The notes beneath the pieces were generated by a model. The model made no database searches. It was not told the DNA's origin and saw only the letters and a list, made by a program, of their open reading frames with translations. A program made the position numbers and the translations under genes. A DNA stretch of 61,739 nucleotides, filler included, from Choristocarpus tenellus KU-1152 (taxonomy: Eukaryota; Protista; Phaeophyceae): NCBI GenBank assembly GCA_964200185.2. It is 6 parts of 6 records of this genome, joined end to end, with 100 filler letters (N's around TTAATTAATTAA, not from the genome) between each part and the next. Parts side by side here need not be neighbours in the genome. Positions count along the whole stretch, not along the records: positions 36,087 to 40,850 come from CAXNAD020013148.1; positions 40,951 to 58,921 come from CAXNAD020000597.1; 4 more parts are not named here. One strand, given 5' to 3'. Numbering within the stretch: the stretch's first letter is position 1; each line of letters opens with the position of its first letter. Below, piece after piece: positions 38,371-48,951 of the stretch.

Positions 38371-40413
38371 AGGGATTATTGGAAGGCTTGCTCCGGTACG
38401 ACAGTCATACGTGCAATGGAGCAGTACAATGAAATCGTTGCCAGGGTGTCCCCTCTTGACTCGAACTCCTCTTCCCCGAGAGAGGAAACCCAAGACACCG
38501 TAGATGAGAACAAGATCAATTCCCTTCCCAGTGGTGTAGGTAGTGGGCATGGGAGTGGGAGCGAGGAAGTTGGCATGTCTCTGGGCAAGGGTATGGACAG
38601 CAGTGGGGTTAGGGATATGGGGGGGATTGGGGACGCACAAAGAGATCTACATGACACAAGGGAAACCCACCACATCATACCACTGAGGGAGAACTGTCTT
38701 GGGGGTAATTTAGGGGGGACAGGGGGTGGGTGTGGGGATAGGGACAGAAGTGGTGGCAATAGAAGGGGTGAGAGTTCGTGTGTGTAGAAGAATAGGTGCA
38801 GGTTTGAGTGTGGTTACCAGAGTGACTACAGCTGTGGTTCTCGCAGCAACTGCAGCAACACAGATGGGGGATGCTGGCGAGGAAATCTGTGGTGTAGGTG
38901 GATGGAAGGGACTTTGGGGCTCTTGTCTTCTCTCCTTGGTACCCCTTGGTTTGTTGTGATGGCTGTAGTGGTGATGGGATTAGTTTTTGCATCTTTCCCA
39001 TGGTGGAGGATCGGTGCATTTGGGTTTGGGTTTACATTTGGGTTGTCGAAGTGGGTCTGGTTCTGGGCGGTTCTGGTGTTGGAAGTCATTGCTGTGTTCA
39101 TAGCGTCTTTCTGGGTCGCGGTGAGGGTTGCCCGCTACAGGGAGTCAATCTTTGCTGGGAGTCCAATTGTGAACGAGGTGTTACTACCAGGGCAACTTCA
39201 ACTTCAACTTCAACCACAGTCCAAACCATTGCCTTCTCAGGACTGTGAGGGGGAAGGGAATTTGTGCAGGGGTGACCAAGATGGGTTGTTCCTAAAGGGA
39301 GAGATGAAGGCTGTGCCGGAGGGGCAGGAGGGGGGAGGTTGGCAGAACAAGATGAAAGGCGGGGGGGGTTATAGGAGTGGTGAAGGAGGTGGAGACTGTA
39401 AGTGGGATGGAGGGAGGTTTGGGAGGCAAGGTTGGGGGGGATGATGACCCTGTAGGTAAGTTGTTTGCTGCCGGAACAGAAGCTGGGCTGGCCTTTAATG
39501 GTGAGGTTGGACAAGCCTCTTGCAAGGATGGTGTAGTGGTATTCTTGACTGGAGTTACAGGACTGGTTGGACGCATGGTATTGTATGATCTATTGAAGCA
39601 GAGCCATGCCTGTCAGCAGGGGAAGGGAAGTGCAGGTGGAGCCAATGGAAGTAGGAGACTGAAGCAAGTTTTTGTGTTAGTTCGGAAGATTAAGGGGGGC
39701 AGGAGTGCCCAGGACCGTTTAACAGAGTTGGCTGCTAGTCCCATGTTTGAACCACTTTGCTGGAGTGGTGCATGGGCAGCCAATGACGGAGTGGAGGAGG
39801 ACTGTGGTAGCACCTTTATTGACAATGCTAAGGAGGATGAGGGTGAGAGGGCGAGCTTGGTGAAGGATGAATTGAAGGAGGAACTGAAGGAGGATAAGAA
39901 AGGAGAGGAGGAGAGGGAAGGGAGATTATATGGGGGGAGAGGGGGAAGAGATCCCCAGCACTGTTGGAGTGTAGTCTGTGAGAAGGATTGCAAGGGTGAA
40001 AAGCAAGTTGATGAGAAGAACAAGGGCGCGGTGTTTGAAAGGATCTACTCACAAGGGGTTGATGGTGCTGCAGGCCAGCAGGCCGTGAAGACCAGCATGG
40101 TCATACCCAGAGGAAATTCCCATACCAATCCAGCGCCAGCTTCGGAGCATAGCACTCATGGTGGCAGCTTCTCCTCCAGTGGCAGAGGTGGTTGTCGTGG
40201 GGCAATTGTTACGGCGGTGGAAGGGGACTTGGGGATTGATGGATTGGGTCTCACTCGTGTGACTCTTGCAGAGCTTCGGAAGGCAGGGATCACGCATGCC
40301 CTCCACTGCGCTGCGAGCGTGAGCTTTAGTGATTCTATGCCCACTGCATCGGAAACAAATGTTACGGGGTCGCTTCGTGTGGCCTCTCTTGTGGCCTCTT
40401 GGAAGACCTGCAA
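38371..40413 (+). CDS. Fatty acyl-CoA reductase (male-sterility/NAD_binding_4 family), partial, preceded by an ACBP-like segment and transmembrane block; reading frame disrupted
   Basis: Motifs VFLTGVTGLVG (Rossmann TGxTGxxG), VFVLVR, VTAVEGDLGIDGLGL and LHCAASVSFSD...NVTGS, with a donor AA|GTGAGG at 40414. The upstream frame is open from 38356 to 39444 except for TAG at 38785-38787, and shifts frame at the G run 39361-39368. Confidence 0.75.
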
Positions 40414-41140
40414 GTGAGGAACAAGCTGGGGGGCGGGGAGGATAAGTGTGATCGAAAAATTATGTAGGTGTAGTGGTCTGAGTACTGAGCTCTCATTTGT
40501 GTCACCATTTGTTTGTCTGTTGTGTTGTGCTGCTGCTGCCTGACTCTGACTGTCCCTGTTTCAGCCTTGTTTCAGGTACCCTGTGCCCACACCAACCAAT
40601 CCATGCACTGGCACTTCTACCTCACATGCTCCTGCGTGTGTTTATCACTTGTCCTCCTTCCCCTGTTTATTTATCGCCAAGCAAAGCATACAGAACTAAA
40701 TTGGTTAATCTATGCTCAACAAGTTGCCTATTTGAATGCACAATGTACTTCGAAGTATTCCACACCCACTCTATTCTCATTATGGTCCTTTTTGTGCCTG
40801 GTGTATTGCTTCTGGATTTGCGCCGAGCACACATCCCTCCCTCCCCCCCCNNNNNNNNNNNNNNNNNNNNNNNNNNNNNNNNNNNNNNNNNNNNTTAATT
40901 AATTAANNNNNNNNNNNNNNNNNNNNNNNNNNNNNNNNNNNNNNNNNNNNCTGAAATGCAGTTAACCTCACTCCCAAGGGTATACTTCTTAGATAACATC
41001 AGACGACGACATATTGTTAGCCAAAAGCGCCTTCCATGATATTAAAACTACCACTACGCCTTCCATGTACCACAATGCAGTCGCACGGTCCCTTTAAACT
41101 CAATGACACCCCCCCCCTCTTAAACGGTACTGTATCAATC

Positions 41141-41380
41141 AATACACTCAATACATTCAATACACTCAATACATTCAATACATTCAATACATTCAATACA
41201 TTCAATACACTCAATACATTCAATACACTCATTACTTTCAATACATTCAATACATTCAATACACTCAATACACTCATTACTTTCAATACACTCAATACAT
41301 TCAATACACTCAATACATTCAATACATTCAATACACTCAATACATTCAATACACTCAATACACTCAATACATTCAATACA
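41141..41380. repeat. 9-bp minisatellite AATACA(C/T)TC
   Basis: Direct tandem array with ATTACTTTC variants. Confidence 0.95.
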
Positions 41381-42236
41381 TCGTAGTCAGCGACCTAAAA
41401 ACTAACCTGTCCATTCGAGACATCGCCCTCGAAGATTGTTGCCTTTCCCGCAGACCTCTCTACCATCACAAGGGCAGGCAACGCAGACACGCTTCCTTGG
41501 AGGCCGCCCCAAGTCTCTGCCAGGAGCCTTTTTTTTTGTTTTAATGTACAGGAAATATCAAGGATTAGGGTTACGAACAGAGATACTGAGATCTCGCACT
41601 GGGTAAGGCGTTATTGTTGTCCGAGACAAACTCCCAACAATACAGTTTCCATTCTTAGTAAGTTTATTGTCAATATTTTTAATCTTACTATTTCTATTCT
41701 CAACATTTTTATTATTACTATTTCTATTCTCAATATTTTAATCTTATTATTTTTATTCTCAATATTTTTATTCTTACTATTTCGATTCCTACTATATTAT
41801 TGAAATGGAGTAGTGACACAAACGAGGCATCACGAAATAGAAAAAAAAAATGGTCTGGGACCCATCTCTCCTACATTAAAAAAATAAAATAAACAGAATC
41901 ATGCGGAGTTAGTTGGTCTTGGGAATAGAATAATAATAAAATAGAATGCCACTACTGCTACTAATAAAAAAGAAATATAAATGACGTTCATCTCGCATGC
42001 CACCGCTGCGTTTGGAAAGATAATAATAAATTTTGAAAAATCATTGAAAATATAAATAAATAAATAAATATGTAAGAACTATGATTACACGTGGAGGCAC
42101 CGACTAAAAAAATATAAATAAAGTATAGTAAAAAATATAAATAACATTTAGTAAAAATATAAATAAAATCTAGTTATGTGTGTACATACTTCACAATTGG
42201 AGATACAAAAAGACCCTGGGTTTGATATCGAAATGC

Positions 42237-42288
42237 GGGTATAGGGTGTAGGGTATAGGGTATAGGGTATAGGGTATAGGGTATAGGG
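42237..42288. repeat. (GGGTATA)n telomere-like 7-mer run
   Basis: GGGTATAGGGTGTAGGGTATAGGGTATA... Confidence 0.85.
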
Positions 42289-42419
42289 ACGCAGGTTCTT
42301 GTGGGCTTGTTTGGCTTCAACATCTTTACATCAATATATTTACAAAGCACATAACATATTTCGAAGGGGAGAGAGAAAAGAGATTTTACATTTTGATGCA
42401 ATAACGCCTGCGAACAGAT

Positions 42420-42840
42420 GTAGGGTTAGGTACATACATACCCTTGACACTGATGTAGTGCATCAGAGTACAGTGTGATCCTCCTTCTACAGGGTTAGGG
42501 ATATATCCTTAACCCTGATGTAGTGCATCAAAGTACAGTATGATTCTCCTTCTACAGTGTTAGGGATATATCCTTAACCATAATGTAGTACATCAAATTA
42601 CAGTGCAATCCTCCTTCTACAGGGTTAGGGATATATCCTTAACCCTGATGTAGTGCATCAAAGTACAGTGCAATCCTCCTTCTACAGGGTTAGGGATATA
42701 TCCTTAACTCTGACGTAGTGCATCAAAGTACAGTATGATTCTCCTTCTACAGGGTAAGGGATATATCCTTAACCATAATGCAGTACATCAGAGTATAGTG
42801 TGATCCTCCTACTTCTTGCCCTGTTGGAGGGTTAGGGTAC
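42420..42840. repeat. 65-bp tandem repeat with internal palindrome
   Basis: The AGGGTTAGGG core recurs at 42491, 42556, 42621, 42686 and 42751. Unit: CTACAGGGTTAGGGATATATCCTTAACCCTGATGTAGTGCATCAAAGTACAGTGCAATCCTCCTT. Confidence 0.95.
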
Positions 42841-42849
42841 CTGCTCTTC

Positions 42850-43510
42850 CCCAAATCTCTAACCCTAATTACTGACAAGACACCAATGAACTCACTCACA
42901 CGCCTCCTAACTGACAGAAGACACAGTATTAGTTCATCCTTGGTGAAAAGATATACAAATGTCGGACAAAAAAATATTTTTTCCAAGAAATTTCTTCCCT
43001 CATACAGCAAGGTAGACAGATCGCCTACCCAAATTGCCCTCAGCAAAAGAAATATGTATCAGACTAAAATAATTTTCCAAGAACTTTCTTCCAGGATACA
43101 ACAAGATAGACAGAACACTTACCCAAAACTACGACTTCCAAAAGAAAAAGGTCCAATATATATATATATATATATATACCATATATGAACAAAGTCTAAT
43201 TGTGTATACAACCTCAGTGAAAACATGGCCATCTTGAGAAACAAAACAATTTTCCGAGAACTTTCTTCCCAGACATATCAAACAAGATAGACTACTTATC
43301 CAAATATCCTCTTCCCCCCTCTCCCATAACCTGTTAGTAACCTCCACAGCGTCAGCTGAACCTTCCCCATCCAACGCCACTCGGGCCTGGAAAACCTCCA
43401 CTCTTTTCCCTATCTCACTTGCCATCACCCGAAGTAGCGGAGACGCCTTCCTGAAAATATAGAACAATTTTTTGAGGTGGATAGGGACGCACTCTTGTGT
43501 TTACTGGAGG
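42850..43510 (-). mobile_element. Possible LINE 3'-end remnants
   Basis: Decayed coding-like text (...KNCSIFSGRRLRYF..., LGRKFSEN). The motif TTTTCC(A/G)AGAA(A/C)TTTCTTCC is repeated near 42978, 43073 and 43250. Confidence 0.3.
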
Positions 43511-44729
43511 GCTCGTGGAAAGGGGATATACATATATACATTTACATATATACATTTACATATACATACATACATAATACATAAATAAATACATAAATCA
43601 TAATACACATATAAATCAAAAATACACATATACATACATACATATACATGTATACGGACATACAATACATACATAATACATAAATAAAAACATAAATCAT
43701 AATACACATATAAATCAAAAATACATATATACATAAATCATACATACATAATACAAAAAAACAAATAAACAAAATTATTGAGTAAGAAAGGCATTGCTAG
43801 AAAGCATTTATAGGAGTCATGTTGTTTTCTAACAATGCCATTGGCCATGTGTGGTCCATACCTAGATGGCTAGCTAATTAATTGTAGAAGAGGATCCTTC
43901 ATGGAGAAAAAAACAAAGTGTCACATGTGAAATAACAACAGTAATAATAATAATAACAATAATAATAATGTGCATGCTATTCTTCTCTGTGGTTTAGAAG
44001 TGAAGAAATATATATGAAAAAAGAGTAGGAAGTGAAAACAACAAATATCTGTTTGATTTAGATAGAGTTGAATATATCAATATATCAATATATCAATATT
44101 ATCAATATATATATATATATTACCGCTCGTCTATCAAGCTAACTAGTACAGCAGGTCATTTCCTTCTTATGATAATAATGGATGCTATCAATTGAGGTGC
44201 AACGGATGTTATTATTAATACTGTATAGTACTAGGTCACTAGTAGTCTGAAAAAATATATATTACCATAAAAAAGAGTAAAAATAAGTATTACCAGAAAA
44301 AAAAGAAAACAATATGCAACGGTCGTAACAATGACATCAACACTGTTTTTCATACAACATTCTGCCTCTGTCACAAAACTATACCCTTCAAGGTATATAT
44401 ATACCCTATCTGACGAAATATGCAAGCAATTTTTTTTTATTAATCATGAGAATGACATTCGCTGGCAACTTTATACGGATCAAGATGGAATGCATCAGCA
44501 AACTGTTGTTCTTGTTTGTTTTTGTTTGGCACTTCAGTACTACTGCGGAAGGATCGATACTCTACATAGGAGTTCACTGCGATTATCAGGCGGAGTTTTT
44601 TTCTTCCAGGAAAGTACACAACCAATTGCCTCCCATGTACAGACAACAGAACACTTCACCACACTCCAATCACGTGACATCACACTCCAACAATGAGAGC
44701 CTAATGAGGATTCCATCTCCTTTCTGTAA

Positions 44730-45087
44730 AATGAGAGTAACCCGCTAAGCTCTTCATCAATACCAATATCAATACTGATATCAATACTAAGTACAATGAG
44801 AGTAACCCACTAAGCTCTTCATCAATACCAATATCAATACTAATATCAATACTGATATCAATACTAAATACAATGAGAGTAACCCGCTAAGCTCTTCATC
44901 AATACTAATATCAATAATAATATCAATACTGATATCAACACTAAGTACAATGAGAGTAACCCGCTAAGCTCTTCATCAATACCAATATCAATACTAATAT
45001 CAATACTAAGTACAATGAGAGTAACCCGCTAAGCTCTTCATCAATACTAATATCAATACTAATATCAATACTAAGTACAATGAGAGT
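44730..45087. repeat. 65/77-bp compound minisatellite
   Basis: AATGAGAGTAACCCGCTAAGCTCTTCATC recurs at ~44730, 44795, 44872, 44949 and 45014, separated by a variable number of 12-bp AATATCAATACT subunits. Confidence 0.95.
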
Positions 45088-45239
45088 CCTCTGCGGTCTC
45101 GACAACTTCGAACCAAAAAAATAAGATTGAACAGTAACATATCAATCTACAGTCATTTATTAGAGACTTGTATTCCCATTGCATTACAGATTTAGTACTG
45201 AGGTGCTACCAATACTGCTGCCGCTAAAACTACAAATAC

Positions 45240-46240
45240 CATAATTGATATTACCCAAATAATTGTTGTTGATATTATTATTGATATGCCAAAATAATTG
45301 TTATTGATATTATTATTGATATTACCAAAATAATTGCTGTTGACATTATTATTGATATGCCAAAATAATTGCTATTGATATTATTATTGATATTACCAAA
45401 ATAATTGCTGTTGCTATTACAACTATCATATTCATCAGTAATACTATTACCAGTATTACAACTAGTACTATCATTATCACTACCATTAGTGCTATTGCTG
45501 TTTCTACTACTACTACCATTATCAATCATATTACTTCTAAATCGCATCTGTTAATACTGCCGTTGCAATTACTATTAGTATGGTTGTAACTAGTATTACT
45601 ACTATAGATATTATCCTCGCTATTATAATTGCCATTGCTATCACTACTACCATTATCAACAATGTTATTAATAATATCACATCTATTAATATTTCTACTA
45701 CTACTACTGTAAGTCTTTCGAGGTCAATTTGTGATATCAAGAAAGATTTGAAAAAAATATCAATGTGGTCGATTGCAGTCAAGCAGCAGAACACAACTTG
45801 TGCGTACATATGATGAGATACCCAATCAAAAACCACCCCTCCATATCCACCTATGATAGATCGGAAATTGATTGAATCATAGCGATAGGATTCACACTTA
45901 TCACTACATTATTCCTACATTTACTGTATCAATTACATTACCACTACAGTATGACTACATTATTGCCATATTATTGCATTACCACTACATTATTACGACA
46001 TCACTTTATCAATACTACATTACCACTATATCATTCCTACATTACTTTATCAATACTACATTACCACTACATCATTACTACATTATTACCATATTATTAC
46101 ATTACTACTATATTATTACTACATTCTATATTACTACTACATTATTACCATATTATCACTACATTACTTTCCCTATTCTTACTGCAATTACCACTATAAT
46201 ACTACCACTATACTACTAATACATATATTACTACTGTCAT
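45240..46240. repeat. AT-rich degenerate minisatellite and trinucleotide-like low-complexity region
   Basis: Repeated ATTGATATTACCAAAATAATTG units and (TAC/CAT/TAT)-rich runs. Confidence 0.8.
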
Positions 46241-47094
46241 TACCAGCACCATCTCGACGTATTGAAACCCTAACCCTAAATGAACCAACAACAAACAACA
46301 AAACCACTACTCCATACACTGTACAAAATTATTTTTTGGGGACTAAAGCCTGCTTTAAACAATCCCTCAAACACCAAGTGCCATCCTTGCACCTCAAACA
46401 TCCCCCACTTCAAAAAAAAAAAGAAACTTCAAAAAAAAGAAAAAAAAGAAAAGAAAAATCCCACTCAAATAAACGCATCACTCGACCTCAACCTCACCCT
46501 CACCCTCAGCACCAAAGCAACCCAACCAACCCGCAAAAAGCAAATCGATGCCCTTCTTAGAAGATCTTAGAAGAATCCGCCTTTCTTCTCCACCTCTCTC
46601 AACAGGAGGGGTTACACCTTGCCAGGTAGGCAAGCGTCCAGCGTGAGAGAGCCGGTTCCCTTGATTAAACAATCTATATATCTATATATCTATATAGATA
46701 TATCGCTGCAGTGTTCCCACCTCTGGCATCAGTCTATATATTTTTTCTTTAAAAAAAAAAAAATCTTTATTACAGAAAGGAATCCTTACCGGTAAATTTT
46801 ATGAAAAAAAAAAATCAGGGAATCCGGCGCTATTTAAATGAAAAAAAAAATGCATCCGTAACCGATTGTTCAATTGATTGTTTTCTATTTGATTTTCGAA
46901 AATATATATTATTATTTTTTTATTCCGTACAAAAATAAATAAATAAACGATTTTAGTTTGATGTTCTTGGCGATCCAAGATAGCACTCTCTTCTGATATA
47001 AACACCATTCTCAGACCTCTAGAACAGCATACCTTTTTTGGTGTCTTGATAGAGCACCACATCATGGTATTGATACTGTTCGTAGGGGAGGGTC

Positions 47095-47500
47095 GTAACA
47101 ATCCCGTAACAATCTCTTAACTATCTTGTAACAATCCCGTAACAATCTCGTAACAATCTCTTAACTATCTTGTAACAATCTCTTAACTATCTTGTAACAA
47201 TCCCGTAACAATCTCTTAACTATCTTGTAACAATCTCTTAACTATCTTGTAACAATCCCGTAACAATCTCTTAACTATCTTGTAACAATCTCATAATTAT
47301 CTCGTAACAATCCCGTAACAATCTTGTAACAATACCCGTAACAATCTCTTAACTATCTCTTAACAATCTCATAACTATCTCTTAACAATCCCATAACTAT
47401 CTTGTAACAATACCGTAGCAATCTCGTAACAATACCGTAGCAATCTCGTAACAATACCGTAGCAATCTCGTAACAATCTCGTAGCAATACCATAACAATA
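47095..47500. repeat. 11-bp minisatellite (TAACAATCTCG/TAACTATCTTG variants)
   Basis: Direct tandem array. Confidence 0.95.
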
Positions 47501-47815
47501 CCGATCCAATAACATTCACCTAGCCCTAACCCTAACCCTAAGTAACGTACTCGAGAAAAGTTTCTTTTCTTTCAGCAAATCTGTCCCTCCTCATTCCCAC
47601 CCTCACAAAAAGATTACTCAAAAGCACAATTCCACTTGCCCACTCGTTTTCTCCTCCCATGCAAAAAAAAACAACCCTAACCCTAACCCTAACCCTAACC
47701 AATATCATGTAGAAGTACCCCTCATTAAGGGCAATGCCATTAACAGCAATACCATTAACAGTGATACCAACAATCACAAGGCGGAGTCGTTTAGGGTTGA
47801 GAGAAAAAATAAATA

Positions 47816-47851
<36 letters not shown>

Positions 47852-48054
47852 CACTTACACCAATGACAAAATGGACCGCACATCACGCTCAGCCAATCAC
47901 GCGGTGGATACTCTTTCGCAGACAATGGGCTTCTTCCAAATAACATAACGGTTCTACTTTTCTTGGTCCCGATCGCACTTGCTGCACAAGATGTACATAG
48001 ATAGCAGTCGGGACACACAAAGGCCCACCGCTTCAAATGAAAAAAAAAAAAAAA

Positions 48055-48256
48055 AATGTAACTGTAAATGTAACTGTAAATGTAACTGTAAAAATAACCA
48101 AAAATGTAAAGGGAAGAANNNNNNNNNNAACATAAAAAAAAACAAGAGAGGAGAAAAAAAAAAACCAACCAAAAAAAAAAAAAAAAAAAAAAAAAAAATG
48201 TAACTGTAAATGTAACTGTAAATGTAACTGTAAATGTAACTGTAAATGTAACTGTA
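48055..48256. repeat. 12-bp repeat AATGTAACTGTA with poly-A, on both sides of a small N gap
   Basis: Seen directly. The duplication across the gap may be an assembly artefact. Confidence 0.85.
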
Positions 48257-48846
48257 ACAATCTTCCCCTGCACTGAGCAGCGTGTAGTAGAATGGTTCTC
48301 ACTTCGCTGAGGTCACCAAAACAGCAGCGTGGCTGGCAGGGGGGCCAATTTCCGTCGCCTCTCCAGGCATAGCAAGACCGTCCCTCAGTGTTCTTGCTGC
48401 AGATGACAAACCCGCAGAATCTCCATCCTCAGAATTTTCCCCCACGGTGAGGTCAATCTTCATCACCAGGTCAGGTATGGCCGAGATAATGTTCCTCTGG
48501 ATGCTGCGGGAATCCTAAGCAGGGGGGTGTTATTGGGTGCGTGGCGTGGGACAGTGGCATGGGGGGGGAAAGTCTAGTGAGACCTTTGAAGGGAAAAATG
48601 TTGCTGAGTCATCAAAATGGCAAGGTGTTGGTGGTGGTAGTGGGGAGGGACTAGAGAGGGTCAGGGTGGGGGAGGCAATGCATCTCGACAGGAACCAGAG
48701 GAGGGCAGCATTGCATTCTTGAGTCATGACGATATGAAATCGCATTGCATAGGGCCAGATGCACTCACCTCAGAGCCATGCTCGACAATAGCACTGATTT
48801 GCACGATAGATGAGCGTAACATCAACAGTGTGAGTACTAAACCCAA

Positions 48847-48951
48847 CCCTATCCCTAGATCAAACCCTTACCCTATCCCTAGATCAAACCCTTACCCTAT
48901 CCCTAGATCAAACCCTTACCCTATCCCTAGATCAAACCCTTACCCTATCCC
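48847..48951. repeat. 24-bp tandem repeat CCCTATCCCTAGATCAAACCCTTA, four copies plus a partial
   Basis: Four exact copies built from telomere-like CCCTA(T/G) and CCCTTA hexamers. Confidence 0.95.

Noticed and set aside
28301-40413. ACLY next to a FAR-like gene as a lipid biosynthesis cluster
   Set aside because: They are separated by an artificial linker (35987-36086) and the ACLY 5' exons are missing, so adjacency is unproven.
41017-41386. Repetitive ORFs (LNV/NTF repeats), and similar ORFs at 43501-43772, 45278-46219 and 47851-48302
   Set aside because: By-products of stop-free minisatellites and low-complexity DNA.
42420-45087. CRISPR-like repeat-spacer arrays
   Set aside because: The inter-repeat segments are themselves repeated, there are no cas genes, and the context is eukaryotic.
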